From the NCBI RefSeq assembly GCF_006345805.1, contig NC_043001.1, positions 56,110,001 through 56,174,000 on the forward strand: DNA of 64,000 nt, in the 5' to 3' direction. The notes under the pieces are model-generated. The model had not been told where the DNA came from, made no database searches, and was given only the letters and a program-made list of their open reading frames with translations. Both the position numbers and the translations under genes were made by a program. Origin of the DNA: Octopus sinensis (taxonomy: Eukaryota). Positions 27,030 to 40,188 of this stretch are shown in pieces; the stretch's first letter is position 1, and each line of letters starts with the position of its first letter.

Positions 27030-27367
27030 CATACAAACATAGCCAAAAAATAGCAAAAAAAATGCATTAGAAATGGAAAAAATATGATGATAAATTTTTT
27101 TTTAAATCGTTGACTCATCGTAGACATTTTTAGAGAGTTACTTCCCTTTAAAAAAATATGCATGAAAATGGAAAAAAATGATGGTAAATTATTTTTAAAA
27201 TCGTAGACTCATCGTAGACAAGCGCTAATACCCAGAAGGGCTCGATATGAATCACGACTATAAGATACCCGGTTTTGGTTAAACTGCACCGCAAAATGTG
27301 GGAGTAGTTAGGAATCTAAATCGAAGGGGACAGACACTCACAGAACTATAGTTTTATATATAAAGAT
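27030..27367 (-). mobile_element. Helitron-like non-autonomous element, 5' portion
   Basis: Minus strand begins A|TCTTTATATATAAAACTATAG..GTGTCTGTC, a typical Helitron 5' TC terminus. Internal ~100-bp tandem repeat (GACTCATCGTAGACA twice). Confidence 0.5.
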
Positions 27368-27378
27368 ATATATGTGTA

Positions 27379-27415
27379 TCTTTCTGTTGAAGAGCGTAGG
27401 CTCGAAACGTTAAGA
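27379..27415 (+). ncRNA. Hammerhead-like motif (A6U core variant) in a short repeat also present at ~42520
   Basis: TCTTT|CTGTTGA|A GAGC GTAG GCTC|GAA|ACGT|T AAGA. The second copy has AAAGA as the stem I partner. Confidence 0.5.
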
Positions 27416-27511
27416 CTTGTTTTATTTATATTTCCTGAGCGCCATACTAATACAATTGTTTGTTTGTTTTCCACCTGCTTTCGTCTTTTGTCTATTTTCA
27501 TAAGCTTCCCG

Positions 27512-27574
<63 letters not shown>

Positions 27575-27942
27575 ATATATCAACTCTTGCACTCGGACTG
27601 TTCGGGATTAGCCCGAGTATAAATTTAGTAAAGTGAACGTATATTTGCAAACTGATTTAATTTCTACCCTTAACTTAGAAATAGAGAAAGACATAGTGCT
27701 AGATATAAAAAAATAATAATAATAAGCTATTCGGAAATAGAATTTTTGCGGAAAAACGTGAAATTCTTCGAGCAGGCATGTGTCTTGCGCGAAATCTGTG
27801 ATGAACCCGAAGTGACGCTGATGACATGGAATCGTCTCTTTATAATCATATCAAAGGGAAATGGAAATTAATTAAGATTTACATTTCCAGTGGTCTAGCG
27901 TGTAAAAAATTTAGTCTAAAAGTCTATATATTAGTCATACGA

Positions 27943-28373
27943 TATAGTGTGTATTTAAACTCAAAAGGAATCCACTTATAGGAATTCAACACGCTAGAAA
28001 GAACAGCTAGGTTCTATAACCACAAAAATTAAGGATAAAATTCAACAGGAACGAAGGACTGCGGCTGAGCAGTAGATTTTGAAAAAGTTAGGACGTATAG
28101 ACACAGGGGAAGTAGTTTTAATCGCCCCGTGTGTATACGTTTAACCCTAGGTGGTCCTGCTGAAGAAAATTGCACCTGGCGAGTTCCTTGACTCGCTAAA
28201 CTAAAATCAGAAACCAATTGGTCTAGGAAATTAGATGGTAAAATGTTTTTTATTTTTCATTTCGTTCCTGTCGAATTTTATCCCTGATTTTTGTGGTTAT
28301 AGAACCTAGCTGTACTTTCTAGAGTGTTGAATTCCTATAAGTGGATTCCTTATGTGTTTAAATATACACTATA
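27943..28373 (+). mobile_element. Penelope-like non-autonomous element: ~113-bp inverted terminal arms around a hammerhead
   Basis: Arms 27943-28055 and 28261-28373 are reverse complements. Followed by (TA)n. Confidence 0.72.
28155..28228 (+). ncRNA. Type-I hammerhead ribozyme, intact core, extended stem II
   Basis: TCCTG|CTGAAGA|...TGGCGAGT/ACTCGCTA hairpin...|GAA|ACCAATTGGT|C|TAGGA. Palindromic stem III, GUC triplet, predicted cleavage after 28223. Confidence 0.78.
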
Positions 28374-29141
28374 ATATATATATATATATAATATATATAT
28401 ATAATATATATATATATGAGTTACCTTTCCGTTCCTGTAACTTAGAGTTTGGGCTAAATAGATGCCGATAAAATAAAAGTGAGTAAATGGAGTAGTGGAG
28501 CTCTTTCAACAGTACCGCTTTATCATGGTCAACTCCCCCGCCTCCTCCTTATCATCACCAACCACAAGGACTTATTCAACTGCAAGAAATTGAAAGCAGA
28601 ATACTTCTGTAGACAAACAAAGTAAATAAACTAAAAAAATACTACTGTGGATAATGTAGTGTTAGAGCCCTTACATTTGACAAGCTCATGGTTGGAAAGC
28701 TGTCACTCCTAGGCCTGCACTACTGGGGATGTCCCACATCATCATCATCATCGTCGTCGTCGTCGTCGTCATCATCATCATTATCATCATCATCATCATC
28801 ATCTTCATCATCAAGAAGAAGAAGAAAAAGAAGAAAAAGAAGAAGGATAAGAAGAAAAAGAAGAAAAAGAAGAAAAAGAAGAAGGATAAGAAGAAAAAGA
28901 AGAAGAAAACAACAAAAACAACAGCAACAACAGCTTGGTGACTGTGATAGGAATCAATAAACTGAAGCTATGATATATTATTACTATGATGATGTCATAA
29001 CGAAATTGAAAACTGACTCCCCTTTTCTCTCTTTCTTTCACTTTCACACGCACACATAATCACGTAGAAACACGCGCGGACTCTACAACTCAGTTTATAC
29101 ACTCTCACAATTGAATACACATATATATTCTGACTCGAGGG

Positions 29142-29198
<57 letters not shown>

Positions 29199-29476
29199 CG
29201 CATAACTATGCATCATTTCACACACGCATACCTGTATATAATTGCGCTTCATCTTAGGCAACTAGACACATACTAGAAACATGCCCTTATACACACGCAA
29301 ACACACACTCACACACGAACACACACATACACACACACGCACACACACACACACGCATACACACACACACACACACTCAAACACTTCTTCAAGAACAAAG
29401 ACATGTTCACGCTACGACGCGTATATATATTCTCACCCAAGGATATGTACATTCATACATACACACACTTACACAC

Positions 29477-29507
<31 letters not shown>

Positions 29508-30088
29508 CACGCACGCACGTACATGCACACACACACACACACACACACACATTCCAAGCCAAGCTCATACGCAAATTACATGCCATACATATGGATGGGG
29601 ATACATGGGTGAATACGTTTCGTAACGGATTCTGCAGAAGTTCTTCATGCTCGAGACGCAATTATTACAGCATATATCAAAGACATGTGAAGCAACCCTT
29701 AAAAACGAGAAACGGTTCTGCGGCCAATTCTGCAGTCAATTTTCCGTGATCTCAACCTATTTGGATTGTGCCGCTACAAAGCAGGTAATAGAGGAGGCGG
29801 GAGAGTCGGTAGAGTGGTGGTGGTGGGGCTGACGGTGACCACATACGGTTAAAGCAAGGCAAGTGATCATATGCTCTGCTATAAAGCAGTCGCTGAATCA
29901 CATAAGATAAACTTTAGATGTTTGAGAGTCATGCAGCATGAAACGAACCTTTACACACACGTTTAAAATTCTTTTGATTTGTTTACTCACCATGAAAATT
30001 ATTACACTAATGTATCATGATCGTCATCCTGATCACGATCATCATGACTATGGTCGTAGTGATCACCGTGATCATCATCATCACCACC

Positions 30089-30142
<54 letters not shown>

Positions 30143-31581
30143 ACAAGCAGCAGCAGCAACAGCAACAGCAGTGATTGTAGTAGTAGTTGTGGCTAATAGT
30201 GATTACAATGAGGATAACGATAACACTGATGATATGATGATGACGATGTCGATGATGATAATGATTTGATAATGATGATGTCAACGACGATGATGATGTC
30301 AACGACGATGATGATGACGAACATGATATCGATTAGTTCAGTTCGGCTTGATGGAACATACACCTCTGATAGAAGGCATTCAATCCAGGGCCACCACCTC
30401 GATTTGTGTCCGTATTTAAAACAACATTGCTCTATGTACCCTTCCTTTCATTTGTAAATACGGTAGGAGGTGACCTGAGTGAAATTTGACTGCTATTCCT
30501 TGGAGATGGAGCAATTGCATAAAGTCTTCCTCGATGGCTTGATTAAATGTGTTGTTTGTAATAATCCAGCTGTGATCAACGGTGTTCCAGTCAAGATTAT
30601 ACCATCTTTTTCCGGTTTGTATCTACACCATACAATGTGTCCTTTCGATTTTAAAGATGTTCGATAATCTTTTAATTGGAATACGTATAATCGAATAAAA
30701 TTAAATTTATCGGAAACAGTTGACCGGCAAAAACTATAGTCAGGTTTTGTTAAAAACAATTTTAAAATGAATGTTAAAACCAGTGTAGTGGTATGCGCGT
30801 ATTTGTCATATATGTTTACAGTCGGAGCCGGTACATTTAGATTATGAATATAAACGTGAAAGGCACACACAAGCGCGCGCGCGCATGTGTGTCTGTTTTT
30901 ACTTGCCACCATTTGACAACCGTTGTTCGTGTGTTTACATCCCCGTAATTAAGTAGCTCGGTAAAGTAAACATAAGAATTAAGTACTAGTGTCTATTCGT
31001 TTGACTAAAATTCTTCAAGGCAGTGCCCCATCACGGCGGCAGTCCAATGACTGAAACAGGTGATCTCTCTCCTTCTGTATCTATCTCTGTATACCTGTAA
31101 CGATGCTGTTATTCTTGCAGGTATCGTTGACTATATTATTAACGGGTTTCTTAGTTATATCAGTAGTCTGGAATTAGTGCACCGCAGAATTTTACAAATA
31201 TAATCAAAAGCTTTGAAAAATCTACACTAATATTTCAGCAACTTAAAAATCGTGTTATTTATTATTTTGTTACACTGAAATGAAATTCGTGAAACAAGGC
31301 AATACATTTTAGCAATAATTAATTTAAAAGTATATTCCTTTTCAAAAAAAATATGCCATAATATTTTATATTTGATTATCAGTGCAACACGAGTTGAGAA
31401 AAGGTAGTTGAGAATTGCTACGGTATATATATAATCGATTTAAGTCTTAAAACGCGATCGTTATACAATATTTAGTTTACACACACACATGCGCGAGCGC
31501 AAGATATTAAGGTCGAACGAATGAGAAATGAGTGTACAGTACATGTTGTAGCAGATGTGTATGTGTGTATGTTTGTATGTG

Positions 31582-31668
<87 letters not shown>

Positions 31669-31991
31669 GTTTATCACCACCTAAATGTGGGTGTTTGATA
31701 AGAACAGTCGATACTGCTATTTCAACCTCGGTAGGACGCCTCGTCTAGCTGGCTGTTTAGTGCGCTTCGTACTCGACATATATTGCAAGCGGGAGAGAAC
31801 CCCCTACTATCCTAGCCCGGAGACCACCGTATCACGTGATTTCTATTTCATTTAATCATCCTCTGTGATGGACATTCGTCTGACCGACATAGCGGTAGTC
31901 TAACCCAGCTCGCAATATATAAGAAAACAGTGTCAAACAGCCACTGGTTTTGTAACTTGCAAACTAGTTCGTTAAATAAATCACACACACA

Positions 31992-32075
<84 letters not shown>

Positions 32076-32703
32076 TACACACATACACACACGCACATAT
32101 TAATTGCTGGTAGGGAAACCGTATTTCGCTTTGCAAGAATAACGCACTACCACTTATATTAAAGGTTTATAACTCTTTACTATGTCCGACTTTGTGTTAG
32201 TAGTGCGTTGTTTTCATTTTTTATTTTCTAAGTGTATCTCTACAGATTTTCTATTGAATTTAGAGTCAGACCTAAAACTTACGACCTTTTGTATACGAAT
32301 AATTCTATATAAATAATGCAATCGAATGATAAAAAAAATTGGTCCCTACCAGTAATTAATATGTACATACCAGTTGTCAGTAATGTGCTTCATATGTAAA
32401 GTTCATCTACTCAACAGTATTACACCGCTAAACTTAGCGGCTATTTAAGCAATGTATTCATAGATCGTTAATAGGTTAGATGTGGGGCTGAAGAATGTGC
32501 AATAACTTCTGAAATAAGCATATACACCAATTACTTATGTTTCTGTCTTCGAACCAATTACTTATCTTTATGTCTTCGATTGCATTATTTACATAGACGT
32601 ATTCGTATACGAAACGTCCTAACTTTCAGTGCTGCTCAAGATTCTGTAAAAATTCTGTAGAGACATGCTTAGAAATTATTATATATATATAATGTAACAT
32701 CCA

Positions 32704-33052
32704 ATATATGACCTCTAAACTCGCCAGATTTGAATCTCAAGGAGTACTACGTGTGAAGCGTTGCTGAAAGGGAGACTAATCGTTATCCTCATAATACCAT
32801 AGCTTCACTGAAGGCCGCCATTGTCCAGGTGATGTCCGAAATGAATAAGAACCATATAGTATCGGCATGCCAGAGGTTTCGGTCCTACATCGTAGCAGTC
32901 ATCGAAGCCGAAGGCGGTTTCGTAGTATAATTTGCTAAAAAATATAATTATCAAAACTAATTGCACAAATGTTTATTCAAATACATATTTATTTATGCTG
33001 AAATTTGTTGTTTTATTGTATATCGAAAGTGTCTTCAAATGCCCCTCGCACC

Positions 33053-33055
<3 letters not shown>
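32704..33055 (+). mobile_element. Tc1/mariner (maT/DD37D-like) transposon 3' end
   Basis: I*PLNSPDLNLKEYYV*SVAERETNRYPHNTIASLKAAI...ACQRFRSYIVAVIEAEGGFVV*. Ends CACCCTG|TA. Confidence 0.78.
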
Positions 33056-33151
<96 letters not shown>

Positions 33152-33596
33152 GAGTGGCTGTGTGAAAGTTCAGATCTGACTGTGTTGTAGGAATGTTGCT
33201 TTCTAACTATATGGTTCCACGTTCAACTCCAGTGCGTGGAGCCTTGGGAGAGTATCTTCTACTATCGCCTCGGACCATCGCTGATGTTGTACTTATGTCC
33301 CCATAAGTTATTAGTTCTGCAAACAGACCGATGGAATAAGTACGAAACTTAAAGGTTAAGTACCAGTGTCGATCGGTTTGACTAAAACTTTTCGAGGCTG
33401 TGCCCCAGCATGCCCGCAAATCCAGTGACTGAAACAACTAAAAGATGTATATGTATATTTGTAAGGATAATATAACACGTGGATGGAGGATAAGAGTCTT
33501 TAATAGCAGATCCCAACATATGTTTCCACATCGCACACCAGCTGAGTTTATATTCAAAGATCACTATAGAACATTCTTTATAATTATCATGCATTT

Positions 33597-33889
33597 GAAT
33601 TATTTACATTATTTACATTCGACGGATATTTGTCCACATCTTGTTTGTTGTTAACGTTTCGGCTGATATACCCACTAGCCTTCATCAGGTGTCTTGGGGA
33701 AAATTTCGAACCTGGGTTCTCATTCCTAAGGTATTTTTCGATGTTATTATTATTTTAATAATAATTATTATTATTCAGGTTACTGCCTGGAATCGAACTC
33801 GGAATCTTGGGGTTAGTAGCTTGCGCTCTTAACCATTATGCCATATGCCCGTGGGTATATCCGTTAAATGTAAATAATGCACATAATTC
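33597..33889 (-). mobile_element. tRNA-headed, hammerhead-containing short retroelement with inverted terminal repeats
   Basis: Minus strand: tRNA-like head 33850-33785 (A box TGGCATAATGG, B box GAGTTCGATTCC), (AAT) linker, then ACAC|CTGATGA|A GGCT..AGCC|GAA|ACGT. 33-bp inverted repeats at 33597-33629 and 33857-33889. Confidence 0.7.
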
Positions 33890-34473
33890 CTCATCTCTTG
33901 AATACAGAACTATACTTCTGAATGCTGCTCAGTAATAACCGTGTGCGGGTGCTTCATCAAGGCGGAATGCGATTAATTCCTGTTGGATTCTTCTGAATAA
34001 TCTGGGTAAACGATGTTCACTTCATTCAACCAATCAAGTTGTCGGGTTCTTGGGAACGTAAGCATAAACGTACGAGTTAAAATTATAATAATACCACCAT
34101 CCACAACAATTACAATAATACAAACTAGGCGACCTCTCAGTAATCATAGTATGAATAAAAAGGAAAATATATAATAAGATTAATCTTCTTTGAGCTATGG
34201 TGGCAGTTGCTTGGCAAAGTGGTTTCCAACATCTTATCTATATACTTTTTTCTATTCAACTTCGTTTTCATGAGCTCGTCAGACAATTTGATTGGCAAAA
34301 CATCACCAAGTCAACATCAAAATCTTCCTTGCAAAATAAATTTGATACTCTGCTTACAATTATTCAGTGATCATTCAATTATAGTTTGACTGTTTTTATG
34401 TACAATTGTACATAAAATAAATTTTTATAAGACTGTATATGTGCGTGCGTTTGTGTGTATGTGTGTGTGTGTG

Positions 34474-34511
<38 letters not shown>

Positions 34512-36129
34512 TGTGTGTGTATGTGCGCGCGTGTATGTGTAAATACAGACATATATATATATAAACATTAAAACGATATACATGTATATAAACATCATAT
34601 TTAACCATAGCGTAAAAAGGAACTCAGCCATACATCTATACATGAACAGAACATGCTGATAAAATCCCTTTCGGAAAAGTCAAGTTATTTAGTTTTTATA
34701 TATTTCATTTGGTTTTGTTTTTAAAAGACATCAATTTAAAAAAAAAATTTCTTGTTTCCTTCCTTTTAGCTTTTGTTTTTGTATTTCTTTTCCTTTGGTC
34801 TGTCATGACAGTTTTAGTAATTGTGACTTAGTAGGCGATTCTGTTAACTTCCGCTATATTCTCCGCAACAATATTTTAAACTTAGCTCTATACCAATATG
34901 TCATCACCAGACTGTGCAACATGCTGTGCGATGTGTCACGTTAAAAGTCTGACATAATTGATTTAAGTTTTATCAATGATATTCAATAAAATTCAGTGAT
35001 ATCCCTCCCCACGCATTCGTTTATTTACTTCTTCAAAGTGGAGACAAGTCACGACAGTTGATTTGTTAAATAAAAAGAAATGTAAAAATATTTTGTCTGA
35101 CATACCAACGTTGCAACAAGACACGTGACTGTCTAAAGATCAGCATTATGCATTATGAATCTCCTTAACGTTGAGTTTGATTTCGTATCTGACTTTTATT
35201 GGTTGTTGCTGACAATGGCGAAAAGGAAGCAGGAAACATATTTAGCGCAGAAGTGAAGCTGACGAAGAAAAGCAGAACTCATAACAAGAAAAAACCATTA
35301 CGTTCGTCACTGGACCTTGTAAAAATACTCCGGCAAATCTACTTCAGTTCAAACCCCAGGGTTTTAACAAGAAAGGACAAGGAATAATATAGTTCTAGAT
35401 AACTCTAAAAAAATACGATGATTTAGATAATAGTTTTATGCAGTCTTCCTCGGCTGATGCAATTAATGTGGTTAATGTTCAATATGAAGTTATCTGGGTT
35501 GACATCGCAAGGAAGAAAAGAAAAATTAAGGCTATTAATATCACACACACACACACACACACGCACACACACACACGCACACACACACACGCACACGCAC
35601 ACACACGCGCGCACACACATGCACATACACACACGCACGCACACACACGCACACACACAGCAATGCAGTCTCTATAGTTCTTACAGCTTCGAGTTTCTGG
35701 CTGGGACGGGCCATTAAGTAAAACAGAAGTTGTTATCCTGAGAAAATGAACAGTAGAAAGCTACTTACGAGACACAGTTTCAATTACTGGTATAAATATA
35801 CATTTCACTTCTATTTCATTTCTAATACTTTTCTCCTGGGGAATCATGAAGCCTACAATATTCTAACTCACTCCCTCGCCCAACCTATAGGTTATTTGCG
35901 ACTATGATAGGTTCACTGAGATAATTTCACTGTATCAAGTTTGGCAGCTAATTGATCTGAGTTCAAATTAATATGTCTACTTTGATATCTGGCTTTCCAT
36001 CAATAAAGCGAGGACGGTAGAGGAGTTGGGAGATATGGAGTAAAAATAATTAACAGAAATGTACCAAGAGTCACTGCATTCTACGAAACAATGTTCTTTT
36101 TTAATACTTAATCTTTTTAGTACTTAATC

Positions 36130-36340
36130 TGAGCTGGCAGAATCGTTAGCAGACCGGGCAAATTGTTTAGCAGCATTTTGTTCGTCTTTATGATCTGAGT
36201 TCAAATTCCTCCAACGTCGACTTTGCTTTTTGTTCTTTCAGGGTCGATAAAATAAGCACCAACTGAGCACTGGTGTCGATGTAATCGACTTAATCCCAAC
36301 ATCGAATTTGGAAGTCTTGTGCCAAAAGTTTGAAACCCAT
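36130..36340 (+). mobile_element. SINE family B (two more decayed copies follow to ~36710)
   Basis: GAGCTGGCAGAATCGTTAGC head, GAGTTCAAATTCC, GGGTCGATAAAATAAGCACC. Confidence 0.78.
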
Positions 36341-38799
36341 ATTTAATTTGAAGGTATGGGGCGAAAATGCTTTTCAGTGTCTAGTAACATCTCTTAGCGT
36401 TCTGAATTTTGATCCCGCTAAGCCCAATTTCTTGCATTTCATCCATTCGTGGCTTTATACACTAAGTGTCTTAATAACTAGGGGTCGATGAAATTGAGTG
36501 AGCACATTCCCCACCAATTTACTTTGTGGTTGTGTGCCTTAGAAATCAAACTTACTAGTATGATGTTTGTAGCAGTGAGCAGACATCATAAGAACGTTGG
36601 GTCAAACGTCTTGTGGTCTCTTGCGTTTAGAGTTCAAATCCGATCAAGGTCAAATTTGCCGTTCATTCTTCCAGTACTAATGGATAAAGTACCAGTCAAG
36701 TGATGGAGTCGTTTCTTCTTTTCTCTGTCATTCTCTCTTTCTCCCCCCTCTCTTTTTCTCTCTCTCTTTTTCCATCTCAGTTTCTGTCTGTCAGTCTCTT
36801 CTCTCTCTCTCCTCATTTGTCTCTGACTTCTTTCTGACCAGCAACGTTGCAATGTGAGAATGGTCGTGGAGAACCAATCACTACATTTTATTCTTCAGAA
36901 ATGGAGAAAATTTGAGCGCTGGTCACATCTCAGATAAACACGTGCTATATCGTTGGAATTAACATTTCAGACGGACTGATGTGTTGTACGGCAATCAGAG
37001 AAATGTGGCATTGATAGCGGGAGAGGCAGTATTAGGGAAAAGTAGTTTGATGCAGAATTTTGGTGCTGAGATAGAAGGAATAACAAGAAGAGGCGTGCGA
37101 GTCATATGCTGTGAGCTTAAGTAGCTAGCTTGCTCGTTTGTTTGAGTTACTATCTTCTAATGGAGTTGTAGAAGCATCGTTGTCACATCCTGTTCACCAG
37201 CAGTGTTTCTTGACCATTTCTCTCTTTTTTTTTATTATCTATAAGCCCCTTTAATTCTATTTTAGTCGTATGGACCCTCCTAGCCATTCAATGTTTTAAA
37301 AAAATCATATATCTTTATAAACAAATTATATTAGGAATTTTATGAAAATAATTATTAAAATATTTTGTGTACTATAGAAGTATATAGGTAATTTATTACA
37401 GATAATTTTAACAACAAAATCTTATATGAACCCCCAAAGGCCACGTGGTGCACCAATCTATCAGGGATGTGGTTCAGAGCTTGGGTTTCAGCTAAGAATT
37501 AGCCAGTCATCCCTTTATGATGTTTGTCCAACTTCTTTTTTCCTCTATCCGTCTCCTTTCCAGATTCTTTTTTGAAGAGCCTTCTTTACATGACCACTGG
37601 ATCGTAAAACACGACCTACCATCCCAGTTTATTATTTTCAACATTGTTAAGTTTTCATGGAAACCAATGTGAGGCTAGATGGTTTCAAGATTCGATGTAG
37701 ATAAGCAAAATATGCTTAAGATACAGCAGTTGTATCTCTGTCTCTCTGCAGAAATAGCAAGTTTAATATTTCAGTAGAGCACAAGATGTAGTATAAGACG
37801 AAGGTGATAGAAGCTTTAGAGCTGCAGAGCCTCAGCAACGGTAGTAGTAGTAGTAGAATATATCCTATTTTTAAGATGTCAGAGTTAAATTTGAGTGTGA
37901 TTTTGACTGCTATTTCTTGCAGGCTCCTTTATCGTTCTACTTATTGTTGTTTAGTTGCATCCACATCCGAAGGAATTGAGCAAGACGTATAACAAAGGCG
38001 CTCCAGCCATGACTATTTCATTTTTTTAGGCAGTATATATTCAGGACCACTTTATCAAAACGTCTTCTTTTTGTAAATACGGGATTGAGGGATATTTAGC
38101 TGCTGTATTCGAGTTGCAGTGCAATGTCTCCCTCTTTGGTTTGGTATCTGTTATAAGTTTTAGTCATATCTATGTATCTATAATATTTGTTTATGTACAT
38201 GAGTAGTCAGAGTACTCTCGTACAGTACTTAAAGTACGCACTAATGTGGATCGGTACTGATGAAGACTGAAATTGCAAATGTTGTTTTACCCTGGGTCAG
38301 CTTTTGAGTGATTTTGAGTGGGTAGCTATATGATCACAATCATTTCGGGAGACGTTTTCACCGACCTACAATATTCTATGTGTGCTTTCTTAAAACACGG
38401 TTTTGGTGTTGAATTGACAGTCGTTACACTATCGCATGGTATGCTTGGCTCTGTTTATTATGGCTTCTTGCTTTCTGAGTTCAAATACCGCCGCAGTCAA
38501 TCCAACGCCCAGTTAAACGTGACCACGCAGCGACTGGTGACCTTGAATGAAGTCAACTTCGCTGTAAGCATCTGAGTCCCATCTCCGGTTTGAGGGTAAC
38601 ATCTTCGCTCCCTCTGACCACTCTCAGAAGCTTTGTCAGGGTTACAGCTACACGCTACTGTCTTTTTTCTATTGATTAAGGATAGAAAAAATGTTCCTGA
38701 CTGTCGTTTATAACAAAGGTAAAGACACTCATTAATCATGAATGACCGTGGGATTGCACCTAGAAAGTTCTCCAAGGCACAAATCCGGGCAGAGTTGTT

Positions 38800-39560
38800 G
38801 GATCTTTACCTTTTGACCGACAGATTTTAAAAATAATTTTTTCTAACTAAACACTTTCAAACTTCGTATACTGGTAGAATGTGTCACATAAAACATTTTT
38901 TACTCTTGGCGTTGTTGAGAAAATTCTGTATTTTGGAAGTCATTTCTTGTTAAATTTGTCGTATTTCGGTAATTTTACCCAATCAATGACGTATATTCAG
39001 CTGAATAAAATTATTGCTGTTGTTTGTCAACAACAACTTCCGGCGGTGTATATTTCGTCTGTCACTGTTATTTATGACATATTTCATCTCAGTTACGTTT
39101 GTATGAATAAACGAGTGTATCTGAAGCATGTTTACTTCATGGCACCACTATAATCGTTCGTGCTTTATTTTTTATTTTTTTCCGTAACTCTAGCCCTAAA
39201 ACCCCAACCCTATCCCTAATCCTAACCCTAGAACCCTAACCCTAACCGTAAAACCTTAAAGCTGAAACCAGTACAAACGCACGAACGATGTCACGAATAA
39301 CAGTGACAAGCGAAATATACACCGCCGATAGTTGTTGTTGACAAACAACGGCAGTAATTCTATTCAGCTGAATACACGTCATTGATTGGTTGAAATTACC
39401 GAAATATGACAACTTTAACAAGAAATAACTTCCAAAATACAGAATTTTCTCAACAACGCCAACAGTAAAAGATGTTTTATGTGACACATTCTACAAGCAT
39501 ACGAAGTTTGAAAGTGTTTAGTTACAAGAAATTATTTTAAAAATCTGTCGGTCAAAAGGT
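38800..39560. mobile_element. Fold-back/MITE-like element with ~270-bp inverted arms and a (CCCTAA)-like core, inserted in a family C2 SINE
   Basis: Arms 38808-39080 and 39288-39560, reflected in the mirror ORFs MSHKT.F..GVVEKILYFGS on both strands. Core 39183-39260. Flanks rejoin to the sequence seen intact at ~58865-58900. Confidence 0.85.
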
Positions 39561-39949
39561 GGAAGACCAACAGTCGCCTATGTATACCAGCCTCCCCTCT
39601 CCACACCACCGATGCTGGAATCGAATGCACCACCTCATGATTGTGAGCCCGACGCTCTTACCACCGAGCCATGTTATTTATATTATATTGAAAAACAGAG
39701 TCTCTATTGCCAGCAAGTCAGTACGTTGGTAAACGACAGGCTCTTGATGTTAGAAGTATAATAGTTCTATTATTTATATGTAAATGTAGACGGTCACCAC
39801 CTGCACACTGTCTTTCTACTCAGTCTGTGACATAATTGTTATGCTAATGTCGTCGCGGCATAACATGCGTTTTGTATGCTTGCACGTGGTGAGGACTATT
39901 TCAGGCAGTTTTTCTCAAGCGTTTTGACTTTGCGGTGCACAAACACACA

Positions 39950-40003
<54 letters not shown>

Positions 40004-40117
40004 AACGAATAAATAAATAAATATATAATGTTACTTTTGCAAAATGGATTCTATCAGCATGTTTCGTTTCACGTATATATTTTAAATCATTGCGTTCATT
40101 TTAACGCACCAATTAAT

Positions 40118-40188
<71 letters not shown>

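Noticed and set aside
27813-27837. GACG-CTGATGA..CGTC
   Set aside because: GAAT instead of GAAA, and no stem III.
28688-28960. Ser/Arg/Lys-rich protamine-like ORF
   Set aside because: Read-through of (TCA)n and (AAG)n repeats.
29630-29790. Possible exon ending AAGCAG|GTAATA
   Set aside because: Weak acceptor, no recognisable protein similarity, no partner exons.
38256-38285. CTGATGAAGACTGAAA hammerhead-like core
   Set aside because: No stem I partner and no convincing stem II.
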